Assembly: GCA_964036045.1 (NCBI GenBank)
Contig: OZ038378.1
Location: 11,036,001 to 11,100,000 of the forward strand
Origin: Eutreptiella sp. 'Long Island Sound 2002'
Lineage: Eukaryota > Protista > Euglenida
Direction of reading: 5' to 3'
Length of the DNA stretch: 64,000 bases
Position 1 is the stretch's first letter, and the number at the start of each line of letters is the position of its first letter. Below the pieces are notes generated by a model. It had not been told where the DNA came from and did not search any database. It was given only the letters and a program-made list of their open reading frames with translations. This document shows positions 49,675-60,481 of the stretch, one piece after another. Made by a program: the position numbers and the translations under genes.

Positions 49675-50471
49675 CGTCACTTTGACTTCTCGAATTTAAT
49701 GACAAGGTTATTGCAAGGTTGGATATTGAGGTTCTCCTGTGTGTCTACTGGTTGGACAACGTAGTGTTATTGGTTGTGTAACGGGAGTTCCTTGCATCCA
49801 AGGCAGTATATCATGCAGCACACTTAGTTTTTCATGATTTCAGCCATGGATGTTGATCATGTTGACGTGTACTTTGACACGTAGCTGGTATTGTTGCCAA
49901 TTTCCAACGCTGAGAGGGCAGTGTTGTGCTTGCCAAGTGGTGCACAGTGCGTGTTGGATCCCAACAAACAATTTCTCGGTCATTTTGTGGATCATATGCC
50001 CTCATGTATGCACGTCTTGCTTTGTGTCATAGGTCCCTTGTGTTTCCCCATGAGTGGGGGGGGCGTCACTTTGGGTACGTTCCCCCGTGGCTGTGGGGAA
50101 ACCGTCACACGCGGGCCGGTATTTCTCAAAGGGCTAGGAAACACCCTTGTCCAAATAAAACTAGGCGTTGTCTCGGCAACCTTTGGGGCCATTTCACAAG
50201 GGGGAGGGGTACGTGTGTCTGAATTGAACGAACCAGGCAAAACGTTGCAGTTGTAAACAGATTGGGAGCGACTGGTGATTGATACGCTAAGAGCTGAGCA
50301 AATGCGTATGTCCGGCGGCAAAACCCCAATTTGTGGTGAAAGCCCGGGGTTGTGAGCTGGTGCCTGGTGGTGGCCCGCGGTGCGCACGCAGTGCACATCC
50401 CCCATGTCATTTTCTCAGTGTGTGCTTTTTCCCCCCTGCCATGCCCCACGCCGCCGCATGATCCACCGCCC

Positions 50472-52595
50472 ATGTGCGGTATTGCGCTACTCCTCTATGG
50501 CAAGCCTATGCAATGCCCCGCCTGCGCGGTGCCTGTGCCAGCAGCCGAGGAGCGGCTTGCGGCCGTGCTTGGCCCCCGTGGGCCGGACCACATGGCCACG
50601 CTTCCGTTGGAAAGCGCACTGCCGTGCACTTTGATGGCAAGCGTCCTGCACATGCGCGGGGCTTCGATCGTCCCGCAACCGCTTTTGCACGAAGACACAG
50701 GCTGCGTGCTGCTGTGGAACGGCGAGGCGTACCGGGGCCCGGGCATCGGCCCTGCCGACCATGACACCGCCCGTTTGCTGCCGCTGTTGGCGGCAGCGGA
50801 CGACCCCCGGCAGGTCCTTGAGGCGGTTGAGGGGCCCTACGCCTTCATCTTCTGGAGGCCAACGACGAAGACGTTGTGGTTCGGGAGGGACAAGCTCGGC
50901 AGGCGGTCGCTGGTGATGCGCTACGCCGCGGCGGGCGACGCCACGCAGCTCATCGTCTCCTCCGTTCCGTGTGCCGATGGGCCCGACGGCGGTGGCGTTC
51001 GGGGGAACACGGCATGTGACGAGGAGGCTGCACCCCCCGTGGACGCGGCATGGCAGGAGGTTCCAGTGACGGGGCTCTTTAGTGTCGTGTTGGAGGAGGG
51101 TGGAGGCGGCCTGTCGGAGCATCCCTGGCACTGCCCCCTCGTCAGTCTGCACGCCTCGAAGGCCGCCGACGAGCCCGTCGACGCGGCCGCCACCGATAGC
51201 CCTACCGCTGCCGTGGATGCGTATCTGGAGGCCCTCTCGGAGGCAGTCCGGGCCCGCGTGCAGGCCCTCCCCGCCGGGGCCCCTGCAGGACCCGCACCCT
51301 CACACGCAGACCCAGACGTGCCGGGGCCCACAGGGGCCAATGTCGCAGTGCTCTTCAGCGGCGGCATCGACTCGATGCTGCTGGCGGCGCTGGCCCACCG
51401 CCACGTCCCCCCTGACGACCCCATTGATCTCTTGAACGTCGCGTTTGGGGAGTTTCCGTCGCAGACCCCCGACCGCATTGGCAGCCTCAACGGCCTTTTG
51501 GAGCTGAAGGCCATCGCCCCCGATCGGGTCTGGAACTTGGTCGAGATCGATCTCACGGCGGAGGAGGCCCTAGAGGCCACGCCGCGGGTCGTGCAGCTGA
51601 TCCACCCGTGCAACACCGTCATGGACGTCAACATCGCCACGGTGCTCTGGACCGCGGCAGGGGCCCAGGGGAGGGTCTGTCTGGAGCCGCAACACTGCGC
51701 CACTGAGTCGCGGGCTGTGCGGTACAGTTCGGGTGTCGCGGGTGCGGGGCAGTCTGCGGATCCTTCCGTCGAGGGTGCAGGCGCTTGCACTGATCCCCGT
51801 CCCACGGATGCGCTCGAAAGCGAGACCGTCATCCCGGATGCGTTCCAGCCGCTTGTGGAGGTCCTTTGGGCCGAGTCTGCCACCGTCAGCAGCGTTGATG
51901 AGGAGCGGGTCAGGCTGAGCCTGTTGGGGGGCACCAACTGCCCGTTGCCGTGGAAGGCCCACGGGTTCAAAAGAATGAAGGCGTACATCGAGGCGGCGAG
52001 GGACGCGGGGGTCGTGGAGATGGGGCCCGAAAGGGACTCCATGCCGTGGTGCCGCCTGGCGCCGGCGGTCCGGCAGCACCTGCAGCGCACGCGGCCCGCC
52101 GCGGGCCCAAAGGCATACAAAAGGGTGCAGTCCACCGCCAGAGCGCTGCTGTTGGGCATTGGGGCCGATGAGACCCTTGCGGGATATGGCCGGCATCGCA
52201 CCACGTTCCTGAAGGGGGGAACGGAGGCGCTAAAGGCCGAACTGGAGATGGACTTCGGCCGCCTTTGGCAACGGAATCTGGGCCGCGACGACCGGGTCAT
52301 TGCAGACCGAGGGAAGGAGTCCCGCCTGCCTTTTCTGGACGAGCGTGTGTTGGATGTGGTGCGCTCGTTGCCGTTCTCGCACTGCTGCCGCCTGGACCAG
52401 GCTTTGGGTGTGGGAGACAAGATGCTGCTGCGCAGTGTGGCACGGGAGGTGGGTCTTACCCACAGCACCGGTCTACAGAAGCGGGCCATTCAGTTTGGCA
52501 CGCGGATCGCCAACCGGAAGTTGGATGGGGCAAACAAATTAGGGGGTACCCACCGACTGGATGGTCTTTTTAACCCGCGGGTCTGCTCTACATAG
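50472..52595 (+). CDS. ASNSD1: Asparagine synthetase domain-containing protein 1 homolog, single exon, 707 aa
   Basis: N-terminal MCGI, SVLHMRG, LLWNGEAY, WFGRDKLGRRSL, VLFSGGIDS, IDLLNVAF, GIGADETLAGYGRH, RNLGRDDR, PFLDE, DKMLLR, KRAIQFGTR. Confidence 0.93.
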   Translation: MCGIALLLYGKPMQCPACAVPVPAAEERLAAVLGPRGPDHMATLPLESALPCTLMASVLHMRGASIVPQPLLHEDTGCVLLWNGEAYRGPGIGPADHDTARLLPLLAAADDPRQVLEAVEGPYAFIFWRPTTKTLWFGRDKLGRRSLVMRYAAAGDATQLIVSSVPCADGPDGGGVRGNTACDEEAAPPVDAAWQEVPVTGLFSVVLEEGGGGLSEHPWHCPLVSLHASKAADEPVDAAATDSPTAAVDAYLEALSEAVRARVQALPAGAPAGPAPSHADPDVPGPTGANVAVLFSGGIDSMLLAALAHRHVPPDDPIDLLNVAFGEFPSQTPDRIGSLNGLLELKAIAPDRVWNLVEIDLTAEEALEATPRVVQLIHPCNTVMDVNIATVLWTAAGAQGRVCLEPQHCATESRAVRYSSGVAGAGQSADPSVEGAGACTDPRPTDALESETVIPDAFQPLVEVLWAESATVSSVDEERVRLSLLGGTNCPLPWKAHGFKRMKAYIEAARDAGVVEMGPERDSMPWCRLAPAVRQHLQRTRPAAGPKAYKRVQSTARALLLGIGADETLAGYGRHRTTFLKGGTEALKAELEMDFGRLWQRNLGRDDRVIADRGKESRLPFLDERVLDVVRSLPFSHCCRLDQALGVGDKMLLRSVAREVGLTHSTGLQKRAIQFGTRIANRKLDGANKLGGTHRLDGLFNPRVCST

Positions 52596-52809
52596 TGGTG
52601 CAGATACGCAGGGTATTTCTCTTATAGCTGGCCCTCGTAAAGCCTAGTTCTACCTCTTTGCCCACAGAGGCTCAAGTCTTTTTGCTACAGGCCATAAAAA
52701 CTGACCTACCCACGTCCTTGGCCCACGCGAAAAAGCATGCGGAGCACAAGGCACACACACTAGAGGGCGACCTCGCACCTCCACTCCTGAGGGCGACCTC
52801 GCACCTCCA

Positions 52810-54825
52810 CTCCTGACCAAGGCACCTCCTAACCTCTCCAAGGCAACACCCCCGATGATCCACCCCGGGGAGACCCCAACCCAAGCCGCGGACCCGGTGG
52901 GGGTACGCCATGAGCGCGTGCGGGGAAAACTGGATGGCAGGGTGGAAGACCACTCGTATGTGCTGAAACGGTGCCTGTTTTCGGCGTTTATGTCCGATAT
53001 GGTACGCAAAGGGTTTTGGCTAGCACAGGGGGAGGGTCGGCAAGTTGAACCCAGCAGGCTCCTCCTGGAGGAGACCCATCTATGGGCCTGCGGGCGCAAT
53101 GGAAATTGAGATGTAAAGTAAAAGACCAGTGAGCAGTGGCGGCATTGCATGTTTTTGTGGCCCTGTGGGCCAGTATTTTGGAAGGGTGGAGGGGGTAGAG
53201 CGGATCTGCGCCACCTGATCGCGCAACTGCAAGGATGGTGTGCATCGAAAACAAGGTTTCAACGGGCGCCCATGCCGCCGACAATGGCAAGCAAACCATC
53301 AGTGAAACTCGACCCGGTGCAAGTGAAGGAAGCTAAATGGGGTGAGCACAAGAAAAAGCTGTTACAGGAGCTACAGGGGATGGCTGCATGGTGGTGTGTA
53401 CCGATGGCTCCGCGAAGCGCGTAAGGGGGTGGATGCAGGCAGGATATGAGGTTTGGTATGGGTTACACCATCACCGAAATTTTTCGGCACACATGCTGGC
53501 GTAGGAACGGCAGAGTGTCAGCAGGGGGAAGCTGCGGGGGGTGCTGCATGCAATCCTGGGTCGGGTGCAGGGTGAACGAATGGTCGTGGTTTTGAATCCA
53601 GAAAAGGTGTACAAGGGCATCACAATTTGGTTGGACAAGTGGAGACGCCATGGATGGAAAACGTCATCAGGGGAGTTGGGACACAGGGACCGGTGGGAGC
53701 ACATATTGTGGCTGCGCGAAGAAGCAGGAGACCTGCTGCAGCTCAGATGGGTACCGGCGCATCTCAATGTATGGGGAAATGAAGCAGCAGCCGAATGGGC
53801 AGGGCAGGGCCAGGAACAGCACCCGAATACCCTACTGCCCCTATCTAAGCGCCAGCGGGTAATGGCGTGGGACGCACTGGGGCTTGAGCCTATGATGGAG
53901 TCCAAAGACCTGCGGTTGACTTCTGACGTAGATTCAGGGGGTGGGGACTCCAGCAGTGTGCAAAGTGACGAGTCCGACGACGTGGATTTGTGCACCAGCT
54001 CAGACGGTGAGGAGTTGTTCAGCACAGACGTGAGTGACACTTGCCTGGGAGAGGTTTTTTTTCATTGATGGTGATGAGTTTAGCACGGATGTCAGTGATA
54101 CTGGGAGGAAGTGGCGTAGGGCAGAGGGAAGGGTGTCTCAACTTGACCCGTGACCCGTACAATCGGTGATGGGGCTTGACGGCACCTTGCTGGACACATG
54201 AACCGATGGATGCCGCGGCTCCGCTGCGATAATACATGTTGTACTGTTGAGATTGCCACAGCGATTCTGGAGGTTGACGACCATCGTCGATCTATGGCCA
54301 AGCCACGGACCTGCCACGTCTTATCCCACACCATACCTGGGGAGGGGGGGGGGGTCATTAACAGTAACCCAAGACCCGATGGCTCCAGCGGGTCACAGGC
54401 CCTGTCCGGAAACAAGAGACTACCACCATGGGCAGGACTAACACCCTCTTGACCCACCGCAGCGGGAAGGAGGGGGCCCAAACCCAAACCAGGGGGGGGA
54501 GGGTGAGAGCACCGGTGCACCAACCTCAACACCCCCCCAATCCGCGCATTGCGCTGCTGAACCCAAAACGGCCCAGGTCCACCCGCCCTGACCTGAACCC
54601 ATGGACCTTGAAAAAGCCGGGCAACACACCGCACAGAACCACCTCCGAGAATGAACAGGTCGACGGGCACACGTCCCCCCCCCCCCCAAGCCCCAGAAGA
54701 ATAATCCAGCCCCAACCCCAATCCTGCCCAAGGCACCTCCTAACCTCGCCAACCACCAACCAAAGGCAAAACCCCAACGATCCACCCCAGGGAGACCCCC
54801 ACCCAATCCACGGACCCGCCATGCC
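52810..54825 (+). repeat. Diverged ~95-bp direct repeats (52810-52900 and 54721-54825) on either side of the RNase H remnant
   Basis: tcctg.ccaaggcacctcctaacctc...gatccacccc.gggagacccc.accca in both. Confidence 0.75.
53388..54068 (+). mobile_element. Retroelement remnant: degenerate full RNase H1-like domain plus acidic tail
   Basis: MVVCTDGSAK...AGYEVWYG...RQSVSRGKLRGVLHA...KWRRHGW...WVPAHLNVWGNEAA. One in-frame TAG near 53502 and several catalytic residues substituted. Confidence 0.75.
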
Positions 54826-55650
54826 CTATTCCACACCAAACCCGGGGAGGGGGGGGAAGCATTCACCGTAACACATGACCCGGTGGCTATAGTGGGTCAC
54901 AGGCCACGCCCGGAAGCACGAGCTGTCAACAGTCCGTGAGCACGGGCTGTCAACGCGCCTGCAAGGGCTTGGAGGAGGCCAGCGGTATGGGCAGCAGTGG
55001 CCAGGCCAGGGGTTGGAGCTGAGGCACAGCCTCGGACGTCATGAGGATCTGCTGGAAATCCAAAAACATGGGTCCCAGGCCTACGCCTTCATGAAAGCAG
55101 GGACCACCCCAAATTCAAGCCCGAGTTCACGTTGGTTCTGTGTTGTCGCCCTTGTTGCTTGTCCTCCTCTGTGACTGCTGGGTCAAGACTGCGCAGGTTT
55201 GCAGTTGACTGATAGCGGTTGCGGTCTGGAAATGCGTGTTGCTGATGAACCGACAGCTGTTGCACGGTTGGTTGGTTGCCGGTCGATCGACGCTGTTTTT
55301 TTGAGACTGAAGAGGAATGGAATTCGGTGGTTTTTTTTGATTGACTGTGGGCATCTTCACGAAAAGCAAATTGGGCAGGCAGCGCTCCGGCAGATGCGCC
55401 TGCCCCGGCTTGTGGACTTCGACCAGCCTCATAGTGCTGAGGCCGCGGCCCGGGCCCATCGATGCCTGGCCTGAAGGAACTGGCTGAGCTCCAAGGACAG
55501 CTCTAGTAACAAAGCGGCGACTCCAATGAAAATGCCCTGTGACATCAACTGTCGAATGCGAGTACTTCCACCAAAAATTTTTACCCCGCCATATCGTCCT
55601 ACTCTGAGAGGACTGAGCTCCCCCCCTCCCCAGCCGCACACAGGGGGGCT

Positions 55651-55828
55651 GTGTCTCCCCTGCGCGCGGGCGACAGGCATGATAATAAAACGTGCAGCGC
55701 AATGGCCCATGGCAACGCAATGGCCACAAATTGGCGAATCCGAGAAACAAAAATCGCGGAGCGAGATCGATCCCCCAACTCTGACACGGAGGGTGACCAT
55801 CGCTGTCGCCCGCGCGCAGGGCAGACAC
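55651..55828. repeat. 26-bp inverted repeat (1 mismatch) with a 126-bp spacer
   Basis: gtgtctcccctgcgcgcgggcgacag and ctgtcgcccgcgcgcagggcagacac. Confidence 0.85.
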
Positions 55829-56399
55829 GCCTTCGCGGTCAAGAGGAAGTGATGGACGGTGTGACCGGTAGGCTCTGATGTGCATGGCGTACAGTCGGTT
55901 TGCCTGACACTGACTTTTGGACTCGCCGACCGTGTGGCCCACGCATCCACTTGCATTCTGACACAGCGCTCGCGCATCGTGCACGCGCACTCGCGCAGAC
56001 TGCTTTTGGTTCATTTGGGAACATGTACCCCCCCCCCCCAAAGGATAACAACAGCGACCTCAACAGAGCACCTGCCATCCAGTAAGTGTTATGGGTTGCC
56101 GACCAGAGACTGAGGTGCCTCAGTGGTCATAGGCCGTGACTCCTAGACACCCGGTCCCCGGTGGGAACCCCACTTGAGCAGCGCCAGGATGGAAGCCGAA
56201 GGTATGCCCCCCCCCTCCCCCCCACGGGGTTTGTATGAACATGAACATGCAGATCAATGTGCACAGCAAGGGGCGGCAAGGTTGGCGCAAGATGCGTGGC
56301 ATGAGTTGGGGCTCAAGGAAATGTCTGAGTGTGATGAGGACCCCGAAACAATGTGGGACAGTGGGGCCTCTGAGAGTCATAACCCCCCCCCCCCTTTGT

Positions 56400-56712
56400 C
56401 CTAGCCACGCCCTTGTCCAAGCTACAGTAGGCGTAGGGACCGTATTAATTTGGGACCTAATTCAATTCGGTACCTAATGTAGTGCAACCACAAGACATGG
56501 GTTTTAGTGACAAATTCGCCAGTTACATAGAGTCATGGACACATTTGTTGTGAGTGTTTGCCCACTTGAACCCACATAGCTCTGATTTTGGGGATATTTG
56601 TGCCCTTCCCCCTTTCTTGCATCAGCTCACCATGCCAGTAGGTGTATGTGTCGCGCGCAAGCCACGCCCTTGTCCAAGCTACAGTAGGCGTAGGGATCGT
56701 ATTAATTTGGGA
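56400..56712 (+). repeat. Copy of the 9.6-kb repeat with a duplicated ~52-bp end (56404-56455 and 56661-56712)
   Basis: agccacgcccttgtccaagctacagtaggcgtaggga.cgtattaatttggga occurs twice. Confidence 0.85.
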
Positions 56713-57230
56713 TTTTGCGTAGCTAGGACAAAGGGGGGGGGTAGCTCTGACAGCCGTACTTCGACGGATAAGCCAGCCTACATGTGGTGATAGTGACAGT
56801 GACAGTGACTGTGAGCTGTGTGAAGGGTTGGTGAAGAGGCGGTGTGCTGACCGGGAGAGCTGACCCAAGCCAGCCTGAGAAACATTTGATAGCCCAACCT
56901 GGCAAGGCGACATTCAGTACTGAGCTGGGAGAGCGATGACTGTATGGCCTGTGTCACGGGGGTTATATGGTAGCTAAGTATCTGTTGCTTTAAAGCCCCA
57001 TGGGGTTTGTAGGTTTGTAGGACGCCTCCATGCCCATCATCAAGAATAGAACAGAATCAAGAACTGGGTGGCAATAGGGACAGGGCAGGATTGGAACTGC
57101 CGGCACATTGGCTGTCAACTTGACGCTGTAGGGGAGGGTCTCTGGAGGCCTTGACATTGCAAGGCAGATGGGCGCCACACCGCTTCACGGACATCAGGCG
57201 ATCCCGGGGAGGGAGTAGAGTAAAGAGAAT

Positions 57231-58780
57231 GGGGGGAACGTTAGCGCGCCGGGCGCGCGCCGGGCATCTTTTTGGACCCGTGCCCCACCGGTGACCTTTT
57301 AGGGGGTGCGCTAAGGGGGCGCACTTAGGACAATCTTTGAATCCACGCTTTGTTGCGTGGTGCATCATGGTGACCCCCGGCATAGGTTTTGACTTCCGAT
57401 TTTGTTCCCTTTGTTGGGGACCCCCGAGAATGCAGGGGTGATGTAGCATTTCCGCCCTCTTTTGGGCCCCAACCGTCCGGTGCTATTGAGGAAACCGGGA
57501 CAATCTTTGAATCCACGCTTTGTTGCGTGGTGCATCATGGTGACCCCCAGCGTAGGTTTTGAGTTTTGATTTTGTTCCCTTTGTTGGGGACCCCCGATAA
57601 TGCAGGGGTGATGTAGCATTTCCGCCCTCTTTTGGGCCCCAACCGTCCGGTGCTATTGAGGAAACCGGGACAATCTTTGAATCCACGCTTTGTTGCGTGG
57701 TGCATCATGGTGACCCCCGGCGTAGGTTTTGAGTTTTGATTTTGTTCCCTTTGTTGGGGACCCCCGAGAATGCAGGGGTGATGTAGATGTAGCCAATTCG
57801 CCGATACCGGCACCTGAAGATCCCTGCCTCGAGCTTTCATACCCCGGCTCGAGGAGGAGGAGGAGGAGGAGTTGGAGTACCTGCAAGATGGGGTGCGCGT
57901 CATCAACCATCATTGCCCCATCGACGCCCTCTCCTTCGGTATCCCGAGTTGGGACTCACCCCCACCAACCCTCTCAAGTCCACCGGCCGCCGACGTCCCC
58001 GGTGATGCGACTGGTGGCAGCCCTCTCCGTGGCCGTTCACCCACACCACCCCCCTCAAGTCCACCGGCCGCCGACATCCTCGATGACACGAGTGGTGGCA
58101 CCCCTTTGATTTTGAAGTTGGGGGCCATGATGGCGCTTATAAAGGCCGGATTCATGTCATTGTGCCATTCATTGGAAGAAAGAATGGCACTTTGACAGCC
58201 CGCCAACAAGGGTACAATGATGTCCATGGGTGGTACAGGGCACGCATTGAGCAGCTGTTTGCTCGGTTGTGGCATTGGGGTTTGGTTAGGAACATCTGGC
58301 GTGGCGGCCCCAATGAGTTGCACCAGTCAGTCCGCATTTTGTTGCATTTCACTCAGTTTTGCATCCGGAGGCAAGTCCGTCACCCCCCCTACGGACCATG
58401 GGAGCATGTCCCGCCTCACGTTTGGACTGACCAAAGCAACTCGGCCGCCACGCAAGATGAGGCAGAGGATGAGGCGGAAGTGTGTGTTTTGTGTTGCCAA
58501 AGGCGCTCCACCGTCGCAGTTTGTGATGAGTGTAAGGAGCACTATTGTAATGAATGTATTGACACCCACACTTGTGGGACCAATGTTGTTTGTTAATTAC
58601 ACTACAAATGACAGTTGGAGTGGTTGAAGTCACAGATATTGCTTTATTTTGCCACGTGCTTTGTAGGGAAGGTGTGCAGTGCAATGTGGTCTACTTGGGG
58701 GGCTTCTCCATGGGAGGGTAAATCTGGGGCTGTTAATACAAAAGTAGCGCGCCGGGCGCGCGCCGGGCAAACATTCCCCC
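57231..58780 (+). mobile_element. Internally deleted PHIS-superfamily (ISL2EU/Harbinger/IS5-like) DNA transposon with imperfect TIRs
   Basis: Ends GGGGGGAACGTTAGCGCGCC... and ...GGCAAACATTCCCCC (about 25 of 33 positions match as an inverted pair), with AT on both outer flanks. It encodes the C-terminal DDE_Tnp_4-like segment GHDGAYKG...VPF...LTARQQGYNDVHGWYRARIEQLFARL (58110-58596). Confidence 0.7.
57328..57787. repeat. 170-bp tandem repeat, about 2.7 copies, inside the DNA transposon
   Basis: Unit starts 'ggacaatctttgaatcc' at 57328, 57498 and 57668, with near-identical copies. Confidence 0.95.
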
Positions 58781-58989
58781 ATACACCCCAGTTGCCCCTG
58801 AACAGATGCCGTACAGGCTGCAGCGTTCACACAGCGGGCCTGGCATCTGCAGACGTCAGCCTCTATAGTCCACAGATGGTCCTGCGTTCAAAGAGTTACT
58901 CACAGTGCGGGGCTCTCTGCTGCACTGTGTGCACTGGCTTCCAACCTGGGATGACCCCAGGAACACAGTTGGACACAAGGGGTGCCAGG

Positions 58990-59500
58990 GCGCAATAGAA
59001 AAAATCAAATCTATTGACAAAGACTCTCAGAAAATGACTTCTGAGAACTGGTGTAACTGGAAAACCATCGCGTCATCTTTTCCCTGAGGCACAAAGAACC
59101 GTACGTTCCTGTCACCATGGCATCCGGGATGTCTGAACCTTGCAGCCAAGCCATTGCTTGTGCTGTTGTGGTATATAGAGTGGGGAAGGAAGGGGATAAT
59201 GCGGGTTGCATATTGTGGCATATTTTCTGTCATCGGTTGATCGCAGCCTCCCTTTCCCCCTGGGATGCTTCTCCTTTGCGCTTCAAGCTTCATGGGCCCG
59301 ACCCTCAGAGCTTCGCCAGAGCAAGATTTCAATTCTGCTTCGGTTTAAGTTTTTTTTTACGGCGATACAATCGGACCCCCCGCCTGCTGTCCAGCCCACG
59401 TGGTATTCCAACGTCCCTGTGGCTGTAATCCAAATATCTTTTGTTTCTGTCATGTAACCCTGGATACTGCGCAGTGGCAACCAAAAGTACTAAGATTGAC
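58990..59500 (-). mobile_element. Possible decayed APE-type endonuclease of a non-LTR element
   Basis: Only a weak motif resemblance (GYMTETK...GGGSDCIAVKKNL), broken by frameshifts. Confidence 0.25.
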
Positions 59501-60481
59501 GGTCTGCATGCGACGTATTTCGAGAATTTTGCACGTAAAAGGTTTCTCTGACTATGATACCTTCCACAATTTGTGTGAAGATCACAGGACCGAATGCTTG
59601 GGCCCCTGGTGAAGCCACAAACGGACGGTTGCCGCCTATCTGCATCGCAACTTATCCTCACTCCCCCACAAGCGCACATTTGTAAGGATGTCGGCGCCTA
59701 AGTGGAAATATTTTTGCCCCCTCCCCCTCCCCAAAAGAAACAATCACTGCCTCTGGCAAATGTAGCTTGGCCAAATGTAAATTATGCATAACCCGCAGAA
59801 ATATCAGAAATATCAAAGTCTCTACAAAGGAGCATCTTTGCTGGTTATGATGCTTGATCTGTATGATAGTATGGCTTGATTGGTGGAAACCAGGCCGAAA
59901 ACTCTCAGTGTACATTCTCCCTTGGTTCACCTCTACACCATGCCCAAGCCCACCTCCAATCTCACCTCCCATGTGCAGGGGCAGTGCGTCAGGGTAGTGC
60001 ATGGGGGCAGTGGTTGGTCGGGAGATATGGTGGCGGTAGCGGGTAGGGCAGTGAGTGGGGTTCTTGGGTTGGGGTAGTGGCAAGGGCCGTGGTGTGGCGG
60101 GTTGGTGGGCAGGAGCAGGCGGTTGGTGTAGTGCCTGGGGCGCATGGTGGGTAGGTTGGGGGTACTGGGAAGGGTTGTTAGGTAGGGGTATTGGGTAGGG
60201 GTATTGCACCCACATTCTGCAAAGATTGTCTGCCCGCATGTTTTCATGGCTCGGCGGGTATTTGGGCTGTCAGGGCCCAGAAAGAGCAGGTGACACCCCA
60301 AGTGCAGCTGAGCGAGTTGACGTCTCCATGTCACAGAGTGACTTCAAGCCCGGGTTGGATTGGAGAGAAGTCCTTCCAGGACAGGTCCTGTCTGGCACAC
60401 GCACACGTACAGCGTTCAGGACTTTAATCGGCCCTTGCCCTCTATAATATTCTTCTTCCACACACACACACACACACACAC

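Noticed and set aside
50352-50471. 40-aa N-terminal extension of ASNSD1, or an ASDURF-like upstream ORF
   Set aside because: The extension starts at GTG, and Ntn-type glutaminase domains need the N-terminal MCGI. No prefoldin-like uORF is recognisable.
50921-52489. 522-aa minus-strand ORF
   Set aside because: Antisense shadow of the GC-rich ASNSD1 CDS, with no motifs.
55127-56041. 304-aa minus-strand ORF
   Set aside because: No recognisable motif or splice context. It crosses an inverted repeat and C-runs, so it is probably a chance ORF in repeat DNA.
57328-57787. Possible CRISPR-like array
   Set aside because: The units are full 170-bp near-identical tandem copies with no unique spacers, in a eukaryotic context with no cas genes.
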